A stretch of 64,000 nt of DNA from Oopsacas minuta. Taxonomy: Eukaryota > Animalia > Porifera. The notes beneath the pieces are model-generated. The model saw only the letters and a list, made by a program, of their open reading frames with translations, was not told the origin of the DNA and ran no database searches. How positions within the stretch are numbered: the first letter of the stretch is position 1; every line of letters begins with the position of its first letter. A program made the position numbers and the translations under genes. The stretch spans positions 580,380-644,379 of the forward strand of contig JAKMXF010000155.1 of assembly GCA_024704765.1 (NCBI GenBank), given 5' to 3'. Shown here in pieces: positions 41,313 through 55,018 of this stretch.

Positions 41313-43960
41313 CACAGTGGAGAAGAAATGGGAATTCTAGCGGAATAGGGGTTTCTATGTCTCTCACACCCACAATTTGGACTAATTGGATATGGGATTA
41401 TTACCATAAGGAACTGATTATCCTACTCCAATTTTTGTGTAATCACTTTAAGTGAGGCTATGACCAGGTTATGACCTCAATAAGAGTGTTCTATCTAATT
41501 AATATCCTATGTGGCATTTTCATGTATTTATTGAATCTAAATACATTTTTTTTATTGAAGTAATGCCTAGCCTGCAGAGAATGAAATAAATGATCTTGTT
41601 CGTTCTTTGGAGTGGGAGCTTTGCGATTGAGCTTGGAAATATTGCTCAATTCTTCACGGTTTGTACAAACAATCAAGAGTCTAAGATGAATGTATTTATT
41701 CCTAGTATTTAGCAGAAATGTAGTTTTTCTAGCCAACTGTCCATGATATTTTCGAATCAGCTTATTAAATGCTTCGGAAGCTTCCTCAGAAAATGCTTTC
41801 ATCCCAAAACCATAATTGCAATCTCTGTTTAACTCTGTACTATGAGCTAATAATTTATGCAGAGATGGAGTTATACTAGTCAGGGGAATTGTGCTAGTAA
41901 GAATTCATATGTTTCTCACCATAAGACTTCATACGGATTGGTATTGTATCTGACTTGGACAGAAGTTGTGACCATTTCTTACATCCAGTGTGTAAATTGT
42001 ATACCAAAAGCATGAACCAATGAGAGACGAACGTATATGAATAAAGTGGAGAATCAGGGGTAATATCAATATTAGTCAATGGTTCATGAGTCAAATCCAA
42101 CGGCTGTTGTGAAAGATGTGGTAAATTCTCTATTGTATCAACGGAAAAAATATTTCCTTTTTAGTTGTAATTGTTCTGTTAATAAGATATCCACTAATCA
42201 ATATCATGCAGCTCAATCAATGAAACAGTGCATAATTGAGATTTCCCACCAGCAGCACCAGAAAGTACACCCCACCTTTTCCCATTTACCATACTGTAGG
42301 ATACATTCACTGTTACATCCCCTTGAGGAAGAGAAATACATCCTTGTTTAACTATAGTTGTTTGTGAATTGATGTAAGTATCCATTAGAATCCAAACGTT
42401 TTCTTCGCTTTCTTTTATGGCTATGAAAACTACTGGTCGAACCTGAAAGTGTGAATTTGGTATTGTAATTCCCCATATTTCTGTGCCCGAAGAATTCGTT
42501 ACCGAAATTCAATTAAAGTTAAATAATAAGAAATTTGAATTCTAAGCTCTCCTCTAGTTGTTTATATATTCGATCGGCCCTGATCTATCAAGGTAATCGG
42601 ATATTCTTAAAGCTAAAAGGATATTGACAATGATTTATCCTATGAAATGTAGAAAGTAATCGAAATCTGTCTGTTTTAAAACCATTGGATATGATATACA
42701 AATTCCTACATTAAAGTGATTAAAGTTGTGCACATTTTGGAGGTCTTTGCAAGCGTAATGTAGCACGATGTGAAGCTACTAGTTTGTAAGCAGGGAACAA
42801 ACAATTGTCAACCTTTCACAACCGTTTTGAAAGAGAGTACTTCTGTTTACCAATTTCAAAGCTTTCCAATGAGGATGGTTTCCTTTTCAATACAAGTACG
42901 TTTTCCAGCATTGCCGAATGTACCATCTGAAATTATTTGTTTGCAAACGCAAGATGTGTTTCGGTCATAAGAGACTTACTAATACACGTAAAACGCTATT
43001 GTTATATTATCTACCTCCTCTATCTGTGCACTCTAGCTATGAGATTTAATAATGGAGTCAATCTAAATCCCAAACCCTTAAAGTTAATTCAGAAAGCGAA
43101 TTCCTAATCTCAGTGGATAAGTCAGCCCGAATACTGTCCTGGCGAGAGAGCATTTCTTCCTAGGTGTCTAAATCACGATTTCGAGATAAGAACCTCTACT
43201 GGATTTGGGTTCTCTAAATTTGCTCTTGATAGTTTTCAACTCGGTATCAGATAGTCTAAAAATAGGAAACAATTCTATAGATGAGGCTCTAACGGAGCGC
43301 TTAGATTTGAGAATATCATAAGCCTCACATTACCCATCATCTGTAAATCAATATCTCGAAAACATTAAATTAAGGAATATCAAATTATTCTAAAGATAGC
43401 CACGTTAGAATTCACTATATGTCTATACCAAATTTTGCAAAAACGGTATCTGTCAAATCTTTGAGGAGATTTACAATCCATCTAATAATTATGTTTAAAT
43501 GATAATCTACCTTTTTATAACACCTAAACATATGACCTTGACCCACCTCCCAAAGTTTTCTCACTGTATTGGCTAAAGAAATTGTTTCCGAACAATGGCA
43601 ATACTGTAAATTGAAATGGCACATTTAGGAAATGTGCTAGTGTTCCACTCTCTTTAATAGCATTTCGTTTTAGTAGCATTATATACAGCAATAACTAACT
43701 AGCAGAAATTACACTCATCATACTATACTTGGCGAGTTTCAACGAAGCAATATTAGGATTGCAAACTCACATTATTGTGATAGTTGAAAATTGAAATGAA
43801 GTCTCTCATTCACATCAAAATTATTTTGAATTTGGAAGTCCTACGACTTTAATAATTTGTTTTTATAGGTTTCAGACTATGCTGAATCTGATAATATAGG
43901 TCTAATCTATATTTAATATGGTAAAACTCCACCTCTATTTCCCCTAATCTTGCCACTGTG
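41313..43960 (-). mobile_element. Transib element with both ends (relic 3), decayed RAG1-core-like transposase
   Basis: Both ends begin CACAGTGG; flanks CCTAG/CCTCG (5-bp TSD, one mismatch). Transposase pieces FEIGKQKYS...LFPAYKL, LDRSG, RPVVFIAIKESEENV, MVNGK..VLSGAAG..QLCT, THEPLTNIDITPDSPLYSY and FSEEASEAFNKLIRKY..LARKT. Confidence 0.8.
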
Positions 43961-44976
43961 CCTCGAATACATATGGTTTCGCAAATTTTTTGGATCTGGA
44001 CTTTAGAACAAATTTTTTTATTATAGTTTCATTATTTCAGAAACGGCTCATTTTTCCGACTTAATTGATGTAATAGGATGTAGAACAACCAAATATGAAC
44101 CAATATATATAAATATATTATTGAAACGATTTCTAGTGATCATTGATCTGTTACACAATGTGATTCCTTGATTTCTTGTAGAACGGTAAAGTTGCATCAT
44201 TCATTTCAAGACGAATTTTTGAAATCAGCTAAAGATAGAATACACAAGTTTGATCGTTCTTGAGTTTCAGTAGACACCATGGATCACACATCTTTGTGAA
44301 TTTTCATTTATAACTCTATAATCCGCAAAGTAATTGTTGAATCAGAATACCACATTTGTAGTGAATAGTCGACTTCTCATACACTGATAAAATATTTTAA
44401 TATGATATCTCTTTGGTAATGTGATGTAGTCGTGAATATTTCAGAATTTATTAGTAGGGGAAATTTCAACGTAATTATCTGATGGGATATATTAGAGCAT
44501 AGCTACTATAAATCCGGTCTCACAATTACTTATGGATTATGGACCAAGGATGTGAGGTTTAACATAACTGAAAAGTGCAGATAGTGTCACGTGGTCTAAA
44601 ACATCATTACTGGATACAACCATATTCTAGATAATCAATTCGTATTCTACAGGATTATGTCTAGTCATATACATTCCTTCCGTTGAAGTATATATTTAGA
44701 ATATTGGTAGACATAATTCCTTGATTAATCTTGACGTCATAATTCTCTTCGGTTTGGTTGAGATTGTGAAAATTGTAATTGAAACTAATTCATTTAGTAA
44801 TTTTACTAAATGATAATGAGTATTATATTTATAGTAAGATACCATACCAAATATTGGTTAAATTTTGTTTAATAAATTACTTATCTATTTTCTGGAATTG
44901 ATAATTTTTCATCGTAGAGTATATCTGTTTACAACATATATATTTCGATGTGAATTATGTAGATATATTGTTCTAG

Positions 44977-46086
44977 GACCAAGATGACTCTGTGCAAAAT
45001 TTTACATCTGGCCAAGGGAATCAGAAAATATCTAGATGTGTTCCTACAGGAAACTTTGAAGTTAGGACAATTTCATCTACTAGTTCCTCTCCTAAAATTT
45101 CTAAATCTCCACAAAAGTCTCCGAAGCTACCGTTCTTTGGAGAATTTGAAAATTCTACACAGTTCCATAAATTCCCTCACCCCAGTATTTCCGCAATTCC
45201 AAAGACTACCCAGATGGAGAACAGAATAATACATTTTAATGATTGCGATGACATTGAAAGGGGTTGTGATATAGTAGATTCACTCCCTCTCAATCATCCA
45301 CGTGACCCACAACTTGTAAAATTCTCTTCGGATTCTCGTCATTGTTCCCCACGTACTGTTAATTTTGAAATACCTAATCGTCAGTCGAAAACTTCTTATT
45401 TGGATAGGGGTACAAAAGACAAATCTAATGAGGATACATGTACCCCTACTCCATTCCATATTCCGTACAACTTTTCCAGCCCAAATTTGTGCAAATCTAC
45501 ATATGCAAACAATTCAATAATTGATCGTCATATGTCTGACGTTCTTCTACTAGCATTATTTAAGGGATTTCGAACCCCCGAATTTTGTCAATATATGTGC
45601 TCTCTCCAAGAACGACTATTAAGCCGCTCTGAAATGGATAGTAAATTATCCACCAAAAATAGACCTAAATGTGTTTTCTGTGAAGATCAATCATATAGTA
45701 TACATTCTGATGAATTTATGAATGAAGTAAATGGGATGAATGAAGTTCACAATTCAGATTTTGGGGGTATTTCACCTAACGGCGATATTCCTTTTTCTAA
45801 TGATATTGTACCACAGCAAAAACAAATAGTACCAAAACTCTGTTCTTATCTACATTTCCCAATAATAGAGCAAAAGAGTCAGAATTTTCCCTCCTGTAAT
45901 AATATCACCAGACAGGTGGATCCCCTATACAGACATTGTGTTACTCCTTCGCAATACCCACCTAATCAATGTAGATATGTTTCCTTAAAAGAAAATATAC
46001 TTCCATTAAAAGAAAATGTTCAAGAATTCTATTCATTTGGGACTAAAAGTTCTATAGAAGTTGATCCTGTTCGAAAATCCAGTTAA
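44977..46086 (+). CDS. Probable terminal exon (370 codons) of an unrecognised gene; Ser/Pro-rich, no domain recognised
   Basis: 1.1-kb open frame in AT-rich DNA. Acceptor TTCTAG| at 44976 is in frame with the listed 364-aa ORF; ends TAA. Upstream exons not identified. Confidence 0.55.
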   Translation, partial: DQDDSVQNFTSGQGNQKISRCVPTGNFEVRTISSTSSSPKISKSPQKSPKLPFFGEFENSTQFHKFPHPSISAIPKTTQMENRIIHFNDCDDIERGCDIVDSLPLNHPRDPQLVKFSSDSRHCSPRTVNFEIPNRQSKTSYLDRGTKDKSNEDTCTPTPFHIPYNFSSPNLCKSTYANNSIIDRHMSDVLLLALFKGFRTPEFCQYMCSLQERLLSRSEMDSKLSTKNRPKCVFCEDQSYSIHSDEFMNEVNGMNEVHNSDFGGISPNGDIPFSNDIVPQQKQIVPKLCSYLHFPIIEQKSQNFPSCNNITRQVDPLYRHCVTPSQYPPNQCRYVSLKENILPLKENVQEFYSFGTKSSIEVDPVRKSS

Positions 46087-46725
46087 CAAGAGCTCCAACT
46101 GCCTGATAATAGCAATTTAAATTATACCAATACATGACTTTACACAAATATCTCCTCGAATATTATTGCAGATTCGCTAGTGCTTCAAATCTATCTTATA
46201 TCATCGAATCCAGATAGATTTCGTGATACCATAGTTAACTTTGTAATTATGCTGGGTTTTTTGCTTTTGCACCGGCTTCCATCCGACTCTGATGAATAAT
46301 CAGGGGTAGGAATCTGAAAACTTGGATTGGAGAAGTATGGGGTTGTTTCATGTCTGATCAATATATAATTTGATAGGTATTCCTGTCCTCCTAGATGTTT
46401 GCGAAAATTTTCGGAGTTGTCTATACATGACCCTTGGAACGATTTTCATTATTATATCTCATATTGTATACGGCTGATGGAAGTTTCGTGCCAGACAATT
46501 TCATTCCGAGAGTTTGTTCCCGAAATTTGGTCCTTGGAAGTAATCGAGTTTTTTTATTAGAGGCCAGATTTTCATATACAAATTTATGAAATTCTGTTTG
46601 GTGTAGATAATCAAAATTCACAATTATTAGCATTTTGCATTAGATTAGTGATTATACACAGTTCGTTTGAACATCCGATTGTGTACACTCATTTTTTGTC
46701 TTTATATTGCATGTTATCGTACTAT

Positions 46726-48080
46726 CTCTGGTTCCCAACCTTTTGTTCTACTGTACCCCTTTGAACAATCTGACGTGTATTGAGTTCACTCCAATATTTA
46801 GATAGATAATAGTTAGATGGGGAGTTGCTAGTTACTCAATGAAATATTGTTGTATTAACAAAACCGATAATATATTAGTGAGATATCTGAGGTTGTTTCT
46901 TATTAACAATTTTGGATTTCTAGGAGTCAAAACAGCAGCAGCCAGTATTAGAGTCATTTTCCACTTTGTGTCTGTCCCAGGATGCTATTTTCTAAATAAA
47001 TGGACTAACTTTGTCATGAAATTCAGAATATTTGTTTCACAACATTGTAAAGAAAGTTGTGGGTCATTCAAATTGTTCAATATCAGTTTTTCAAGTTGAG
47101 GTAACCACACTGTACTGTTGAAAACAGACGCTACCTGTGACTAATGATTAACAGGTAAGGCATGCACTTCTATACGTAATTCAAATGGTCAGTTTGTAAC
47201 TTTCCTTCTTGAATGCCAAGGAATCTCAGTATGAGATAATAAATGATGGTATTCTTCTCCTTGTTCTTGACAAAGAATCTGAAAAGGACGAGTGTTAAGT
47301 GGCCAAGTTTTGATAAGGCTGACAATATCAAGGGATTAATTTAATGTCTGGTTCAAGTCAAAACTTAACCTTGTTGATGCAAGCACCTCTTGATACATTT
47401 TCCAGTCCAACCACTCTACCAAAGGATTTATTTCCTAATTCTCGAAACAAGGCCCTTCATTCTACCTTCCATAGCAGCTGCTCTGTCAATGCGCAAACAA
47501 AATTCTAACCAAAATCATACTCAGAAAAGACGTCAATTCTTTTACAAATTTCTTCTCCAGTTGGGTAACTTTGCAAGTGTTTACAAAACATTATGTGTCC
47601 GCTGATATCATCATTTTGATAATATGAACAAGGCAATGAGCTGAGCTTCACAACCAATATCTGTAGATTCATCAATCTGAGGCGAAAACGTTTTAACTAT
47701 CTTTAGTTTTTCAATAACTTCCATGGGTAGATCATCAAACATATCATCAATTATACGACCAGTATCATTTTATAATGCCAGTTTCCTGATAGTATAGACT
47801 GCCATTTTATCAATACTGATATCTGCATCGCCACACAAGCTTGTAAAATCAGAGCTTCTGCAATATTGTGAGGTTTCTTCGACTTTGCTACAAGAAGGGA
47901 TAGTACATACGAAGCCTATAAAGCCTTTGTGGAATTTTACATATTTTTTCATTTTTTATCTACTAAGCTCATTCTTTTTTCGAATAAAATCAATGTATTT
48001 ATTCAAATCAGGTTTTTCCAACAAAGTAAACGCATGGCATGAGGAGGTTCGGTGCTTGTGCCTGTAAATCCAAATGCGGT
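46726..48080 (-). mobile_element. hAT (Charlie/Buster, ZBED5/SCAND3-like) remnant
   Basis: Terminus C(TC)TGGTTCCCAACCTTTT at 46726. Decayed transposase ASYVLSLLVAKSKKPHNIAE, IDESTDI..AQL and HLLSHTEIPW.SR.KV...FELR. Confidence 0.75.
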
Positions 48081-49323
48081 TTATTCATAACTGAAATTAT
48101 GATGTTTGTTCTTTTCTATCACTTTTACACTCTTCATGTCAGTAGTTTTGCCAATAATGCCTATTTTTGATAAATACTTCAATCCTAAAGTTATTCCACT
48201 AATCTTTGCCTAAATGTTAAGAAATAATAGATTGCATTAGTTAGAAAACCCACAAGGCAACGATTTTAGTAACTGTATGCCTGCATTCTAGAAGGAAACT
48301 AATAATTGATTTTCTATATACTCAAAATCCCTTATTTATATCTTGTTCAATAAATGATAGAACTATTAATATACGTCTTAAATCAACGAATCATTAATTA
48401 CTATATAGTATTTTGGTCTATAATTCTCGCGCACCACTGAAGTATATGATTGAAGCTTACTGATTTGCAGAAACAAATTCACAGTTATTTATTCATTCTC
48501 ATTAGTTAAGGCTCGTTTATTGTATATCTATTTCAGCTAATTTGCGCTTGATTGAGCAACACTATAAGACACTTAACGCGTTCGCAATCGAGCGCTAATA
48601 GTCTAATTTTATTAATTGTATTACTTCAGGTAGATTTCAGGTACAAATATTTGAGTTTGCATATCAGTATTTCCATGGGTCGTCAATCCCAAATATTTAT
48701 GCGAGGCAAGGTTATGTCCATGTCAACATTTATGAAATGTTGGTGAAGCAAAGAGCGCATCCCTCCCTAATAATCGAAATTTTACGATTGCGACTTGATC
48801 AATCATTTGAATGACTCAAAATGGCGGATAACATAAATAATTCATTTTACTTTACAAGTTTAGGCATAAATTCTGCCCCAAAAGTCAAATTCTGCTAGAA
48901 CCCTGTCCATGGTTTCAGTAGATTCTGTATATGTCAACAATAATCCATAATATCTCTTTGAAAAATATTTGGAGTTTTATATCCCGAGTACAATGTATTT
49001 TTGCATAATGGACAAGAAAGCTAAAAAGATTACTTATCATGGTGTATCATAATAGAGGCAAGTCAGCATCCGATATACCAAAATTACTGCGCATAGTCAG
49101 ATGGACTGTAGACAGAACTATCAAACCTTATAAGGGGACTGGCAGGTAGCAAGAAAGGTTTAGGAAGGTTAGACTTCGTTCTGTTCACACTCTAGCTGTC
49201 AGGGAGCTCGTTCGGGAGAGACTCGGGAAGAATTCTTTCAGAACTGTCCAATACATGGCAAAAGACCTCAATATATCAGCAAGATGTGTAGGGAGGCTGT
49301 AAAAGTGGATATTGGTATAAATA

Positions 49324-50832
49324 CAGGGTGGCTCCAAAGTTCTGATACAAAATCATGATTAATATACAACCATTATCAGGAAGTATTCTCAATGGTTTGC
49401 TCTCCCATGACATACCTTATACGCTTCCTAACAAATATTATTTCAATTTGGTGTGATCTATTTCGAAAAAAAATTGTGATTGACCATGGAATCTGAGAGG
49501 TCAGCAATTATTGAGTTGCATATGGCGGGGAAAAGTCCATCAGAAATTTTGAAACTGCTGAATATTGCAAAAGGACGTAGGGCATTTATCTACAGGACGA
49601 TGAATCGATATAAGGAAACTGGGGACACTGTAGACAAGCCGAGATCTGGTCGTCCATGCTCTGTAACGACCTCAGCTCTCAAGAAAGTGGTGCGAGAACG
49701 GATTCGGCGGAACCCACACCGTTCGATGAGGAAAATGGCCTTGGAGCTCAATATATCTCGCCGAGCAATACAAAAGGTTGTCAAAAGGGACCTAGGNNNN
49801 NNNNNNNNNNNNNNNNNNNNNNNNNNNNNNNNNNNNNNNNNNNNNNNNNNNNNNNNNNNNNNNNNNNNNNNNNNNNNNNNNNNNNNNNNNNNNNNNNNNN
49901 NNNNNNNNNNNNNNNNNNNNNNNNNNNNNNNNNNNNNNNNNNNNNNNNNNNNNNNNNNNNNNNNNNNNNNNNNNNNNNNNNNNNNNNNNNNNNNNNNNNN
50001 NNNNNNNNNNNNNNNNNNNNNNNNNNNNNNNNNNNNNNNNNNNNNNNNNNNNNNNNNNNNNNNNNNNNNNNNNNNNNNNNNNNNNNNNNNNNNNNNNNNN
50101 NNNNNNNNNNNNNNNNNNNNNNNNNNNNNNNNNNNNNNNNNNNNNNNNNNNNNNNNNNNNNNNNNNNNNNNNNNNNNNNNNNNNNNNNNNNNNNNNNNNN
50201 NNNNNNNNNNNNNNNNNNNNNNNNNNNNNNNNNNNNNNNNNNNNNNNNNNNNNNNNNNNNNNNNNNNNNNNNNNNNNNNNNNNNNNNNNNNNNNNNNNNN
50301 NNNNNNNNNNNNNNNNNNNNNNNNNNNNNNNNNNNNNNNNNNNNNNNNNNNNNNNNNNNNNNNNNNNNNNNNNNNNNNNNNNNNNNNNNNNNNNNNNNNN
50401 NNNNNNNNNNNNNNNNNNNNNNNNNNNNNNNNNNNNNNNNNNNNNNNNNNNNNNNNNNNNNNNNNNNNNNNNNNNNNNNNNNNNNNNNNNNNNNNNNNNN
50501 NNNNNNNNNNNNNNNNNNNNNNNNNNNNNNNNNNNNNNTATCTTGGAAAACAAGGCTTGTTCTGTGTCACACAACACAGTTAGCTCTCTAAAGATTTCCT
50601 TGTGTCGAGAATGGGAGAAGATACCCCAAGAAACTCTGCGTGCCGCAGTAGAAGGATTCCCGAACAGACTCAGGGCTGTCATTTCCAAAAAGGGTGGTTA
50701 TATTGAATAAATGACTAGGCAATCTCTTCCTAATAGTATGTATTAATTATATATAGAGAATCAATAATGTAGGTCATGCTGAATAAATATTATAGACAAA
50801 ATGGTTTGTATCAGAACTTTGGAGCCACCCTG
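49324..50832 (+). mobile_element. Younger maT-type element spanning the assembly gap
   Basis: TIR CAGGGTGGCTCCAAAGTTCTGATACAAA at both ends with TA TSDs. ORF start at 49480 (DKPRSGRP...RRNPHRSMRK); C-terminus WEKIPQETLRAAVE...GGYIE* ends 50710. Confidence 0.88.
49797..50538. other. Assembly gap (742 N)
   Basis: Run of N. Confidence 1.
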
Positions 50833-53800
50833 TACTCCAAATTCCGAGACTACAGAAATTTCTGAGAGAAAAAAGAAGCGCAAAAATGAGAGATACAAGA
50901 TTCTGAGGAAAGATTCACAGGTGGCACGCACCAGTGAATTGCATTCTCGAACATTTTCAATATAGCAATGGCGATAATTCGCCAAACAGTGGAATTTTGG
51001 TTTAGATTAAATATCTATCCGGTCATCAAAATGGACAATTAAAAGAACCCACATCAGTTATAGTTTAGGTACAATTACCTTTGATGTCAGACACCCGTAT
51101 TCATTAACCAAGGGGTGAAAATTAATAAAGAGGTGTATATAGAGAGGATTATGGAGAACAAAATAAAGCAATGGGCTCTTTAGTACTCCAATGACAAGCA
51201 TTGGGTGATCCAACAAGATTCCGCTTCCTCCCACAAGGTAAAAGTGACTTCTGAGTGGTTGATTAAAGCAATATACCGGAATTTATTTCATGTGAAGAAC
51301 GGCCGGCCTCTTCTCCAGATCTAAATCCTATGGACTTCTGTATACGGTCCATCTTAGAGTCCAAGGTGTGTACAAAGCCAAACAAAATGTGGAAAGTCTA
51401 AAGCTCTCGTTGCGAATAGAGTGAACTTTAACCATGGGGATGTGTTACCTGCCGTAGTGGATAATCCCTTACAGCGATTGAAATTATGTATCAAAAATAT
51501 ACTTTCGAAGATCTAGAAACATTTCTTATCCTTAGGGTGTTTGTTCACTGATTCATTGGGAAATCAAATTACTATTTGAGTAACATTTGAATAATACTAG
51601 TTTATGCTTGTTGCTGTACTTATGCCTAACCCTGTATAAAGTTATGTAACCTTTGTGAAGGTAGTCAACCACCTATATTTCACCTTTGCATTTTGGTATT
51701 ATTGCCATTAAATCAATCAAAATCGCGTTTCCATTCTGAGCTTAAGCCGTTGAAACATTTCATGATCATATTTATCATGCTTACATGTTTATTAAAGTGA
51801 CCATTTATTTCATTTCAGCAGAATAATGAATTTGAACACTCAGTATATTTAGACTTAATGTTAACAATTGTTGTTAAATTTTTGTTGGTCTATTAATATA
51901 TGTAATCAAATAATAAACATAATTAAATATTTATACAATCGGCAATTAATATAATCCAATATAGGTTAATTATTGAGTATGCAACCATATATATTTGGTT
52001 GGCTAAGTACTCTGTAAATTTCAATTAAGAAATTAGATTTTACTAGGTCAATACATATGGCACTTATCTAAGAGAGTTTTGGAGGTATTGATTAGATTTT
52101 AGAACTTGTTCTAGAATAATTATATTATACACAAATGTCAAATTTCAAGTCTCCTACCCTTACCAGTTCCTCAATCAATGTTTTGCTAAATGAGATTACT
52201 AAACAATAGTTTAAATCTTAGAACAAACGTAGAGACTTGCCCTTAACGGGTGAATTGTGATTCAAAGTAGGCCGAATCCGAATTTCGACATTTTCAAGTT
52301 TATCTTATGTAAGTTTAATGTTGTTTTTATAAATATGAAGTGCACAAATAGTTGAAATCTTGAAATATACCCACAGACTTGTTCTTAACTGCTACAAAGG
52401 AGTAACAAATTCCGTCGAATTCCATGCGAACCAAAGTGTGAGCAAGCGAAGTGGCTCATATATTATTAAAACTTAACTATAGTGTTTTTAAGGGGGTGTG
52501 TGTCCTCTTTGTGTCATATGTCGGAATACAAGCTACGTATAGAATTTAGGGAGTATACTATTTTTCTGTTTTTGATGTTTGTAAATAACCAAGTACATTA
52601 GGATTATTGAGTACACTGATTCCGAATAGCACATTATATACAATAAGTTCTAAATATTTGTTGTCTCATGATCAAATATATTTCACACCTTTTTTGGCCT
52701 TTAATTCCACAAGATTCTAGATGTAATGATAGCGATGGGCTTTTTAACCCCAAATACAAAATCAAATTCGTAAAACGTAATATGAAATGTGTACATAATA
52801 TCACTTCTTATAATACAGTAGTACCTCGCTAATTCTAACCTCGCATCCAAATCCTCGCTGAATCCGAACTGGTGAGAAAGGTCATACAATTTGTGGAAAT
52901 CATCTAAAATGTTTGAATATAACTAATTTTATCCAATTATACTTTCGACAAATATATATTAACATTTTACACAACTGGCAGCCTTTTCATAGTTCGTACA
53001 ACTTGCAGAAACATTCCCCCTAAATCTTATAGTATTGTTTCTATGAAATTAGTTAAACAAAGAATTTCACAATTCCGAGCGAATTATTTTGCAATTGAAA
53101 CAGTGCTGTTCTGACAGGATGTACTGTATTATTGATTCGTATATAAGACATAACATACCACATATTTGAGGAGTATTTTCAGATAGAACTGACATGATCT
53201 CTTTGCTTAATCATCAATTTAGTCTTCGAGTTTGCAGAGAAATAATGGAACGCGCTCCTATTAGACTACAATATTAGATAAATATCATCAGTAATTCTAC
53301 AAAAATTCAGTATTGTTATAATCAATAGCGGTTGTTAGGATACTATTCAAAATTTCTATCAACAATGCATTCACTGAAATGATTTAACGTAGCACATTTA
53401 GCGATTTCCAGATTGTACTATTGTTGAATTATATCTTGATTATATATAATACAAATTTTATGTAAATCTGGAAGAAAGAAATGAATAATTGGAATGCGCT
53501 CCATTTTTTAGATTTGGGAGTAACAGTGATATCCATTTGGTATTACGAACTGATGTTTGAGCGCTGCTCCAATTTATGGATAGGAGTGGTATCGGGAGTT
53601 CTCTCCAAAGATTGGGAGCGCTTAATGCTCTGATATACAAGAAGAATCTAAAAAGATCTCGACTTCTGCCACTAGGAAAATAGTAGAGTCACGAATTCTT
53701 CTAGTAACTTTTCGAATTCCTCATAAAAGTCTGAGAGGGGTTCAATTATAAATTAATCATTAGGGCCTAGGGTGGATGGCATTTGCCCTGTCATCGATCA

Positions 53801-54724
53801 GATGGGTTATTTAATGCTTCTTTCATCTGGATGTCAAAATATGTACCTAATGATCAGAAGATGTTTTATAGAATTTATACATTATTCTCATGACGAAGTT
53901 TGCAAGTTCTTGAGTTACTGAATGTACCATGGAGGCCACATTGAAATTTTGATCTTGCAAATTATTTCTAGGTTCTCATGGGAATTGATTTAACAATATT
54001 TCTATTGAATTCTATGTTGAAACACTTGTTTTGATACCCGATATCCATGTGCCATATTTTATAACATGCTTGATGTTTATCGGAGCCGCGGGAATTGTAC
54101 AATTTACTATTTGTTTTCCATGACAATCCGAAGAGACTCAGCAGGAGATTGTGAGAGTTGAGAGCCCTGCTTTTAGTAATTTAATTATTGAGTAATTCAT
54201 GATTTGTATAATTAATAATTCTTTGACATTTTTAGTCAATCACTGAACTAACATAGAATCTTGATATTTTAACGAAGCACACGATTTTGAAGGTTTTCAG
54301 GTTGAGAGCACTGCTCAAAAGTGGGATTTGGTAAAGCGGCATTCAATATGAGTTGAATGTATTACTCTGCAAGTTATATAAGTTGTAACAAAGTGGGATG
54401 AAATATAATTGAAATATGGGCATTATTTTTGATAAACTCATTGAGTAATTTCTTAATTATCGATTTTTAACTTACTACGAACACCTACTACCGTCAAACT
54501 CTTCTCTTGAACAAGGTCATTAACGTAAAACCGTTCGAGAATGTGGTGGAATAATGCAATACAACATAATCACGAATATTGATATAAATTCAAGTTTTAG
54601 TAGACAATATACAAACATCGGCGAGTCAAAGAGTAAGTAATTTAGGAAATGTTTATTCCAGCTTAAGAGAGCCAAAACAATATATTACAATCTATGATAA
54701 CTACAGACTAGAATGTTCCAAGCC

Positions 54725-55018
54725 AAAAAATGGCCCGGGACCAATTTTGGTGGGACAAAATTGGTCCGGAGGAATTTATTGACCTACCTAGAACATTATT
54801 CCATCTCCAGTCTCTCGTAACTAGCTTTTAGGGTTGTCTAGATAGATTTTCCATATATAAGCGTGGAAAGCTAGCTTCTGATATGTGATCAGTATCTCTT
54901 AAAATAATTTGGAGAAGTTCGGATAGTTATTTGACGAATTATCCTAGCTTCTATAAGATATCCGGGCTTAACCAATTTTGGTAGGTAGTACCAATTTGGC
55001 CCAGGACAAATTTTTTCG
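54725..55018. mobile_element. Possible MITE with internal CCAATTTTGG repeats
   Basis: Loosely inverted ends AAAAAATGGCCCGGGACCAATTTTGGT / reverse complement AAAAAATTTGTCCTGGGCCAAATTGGT; no TSD established. Confidence 0.35.

Larger units (their letters stand above)
48855..51634 (+). mobile_element. Older DD37D/maT element, split by a younger maT
   Basis: TIRs CAAGTTTAGGCATAAATTCTGC / CAGGGTTAGGCATAAGTACAGC (moderate match). N-terminal piece GKSASDI...RSVHTLAVRELVRERL before 49322; C-terminal piece QQDSA...SSPDLNPMDF after 50834. Confidence 0.65.

Noticed and set aside
44977-46320. Ciliate-type code (TAA/TAG = Gln) suggested by single stops in exon-like frames
   Set aside because: The 370-codon ORF encodes its many Gln only with CAA/CAG, and the transposases end at TAA/TAG normally.
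49480-50688. Four long ORFs of 298-367 aa in the ORF track
   Set aside because: Artefacts of translating through the N gap; only the transposase start and end are real.
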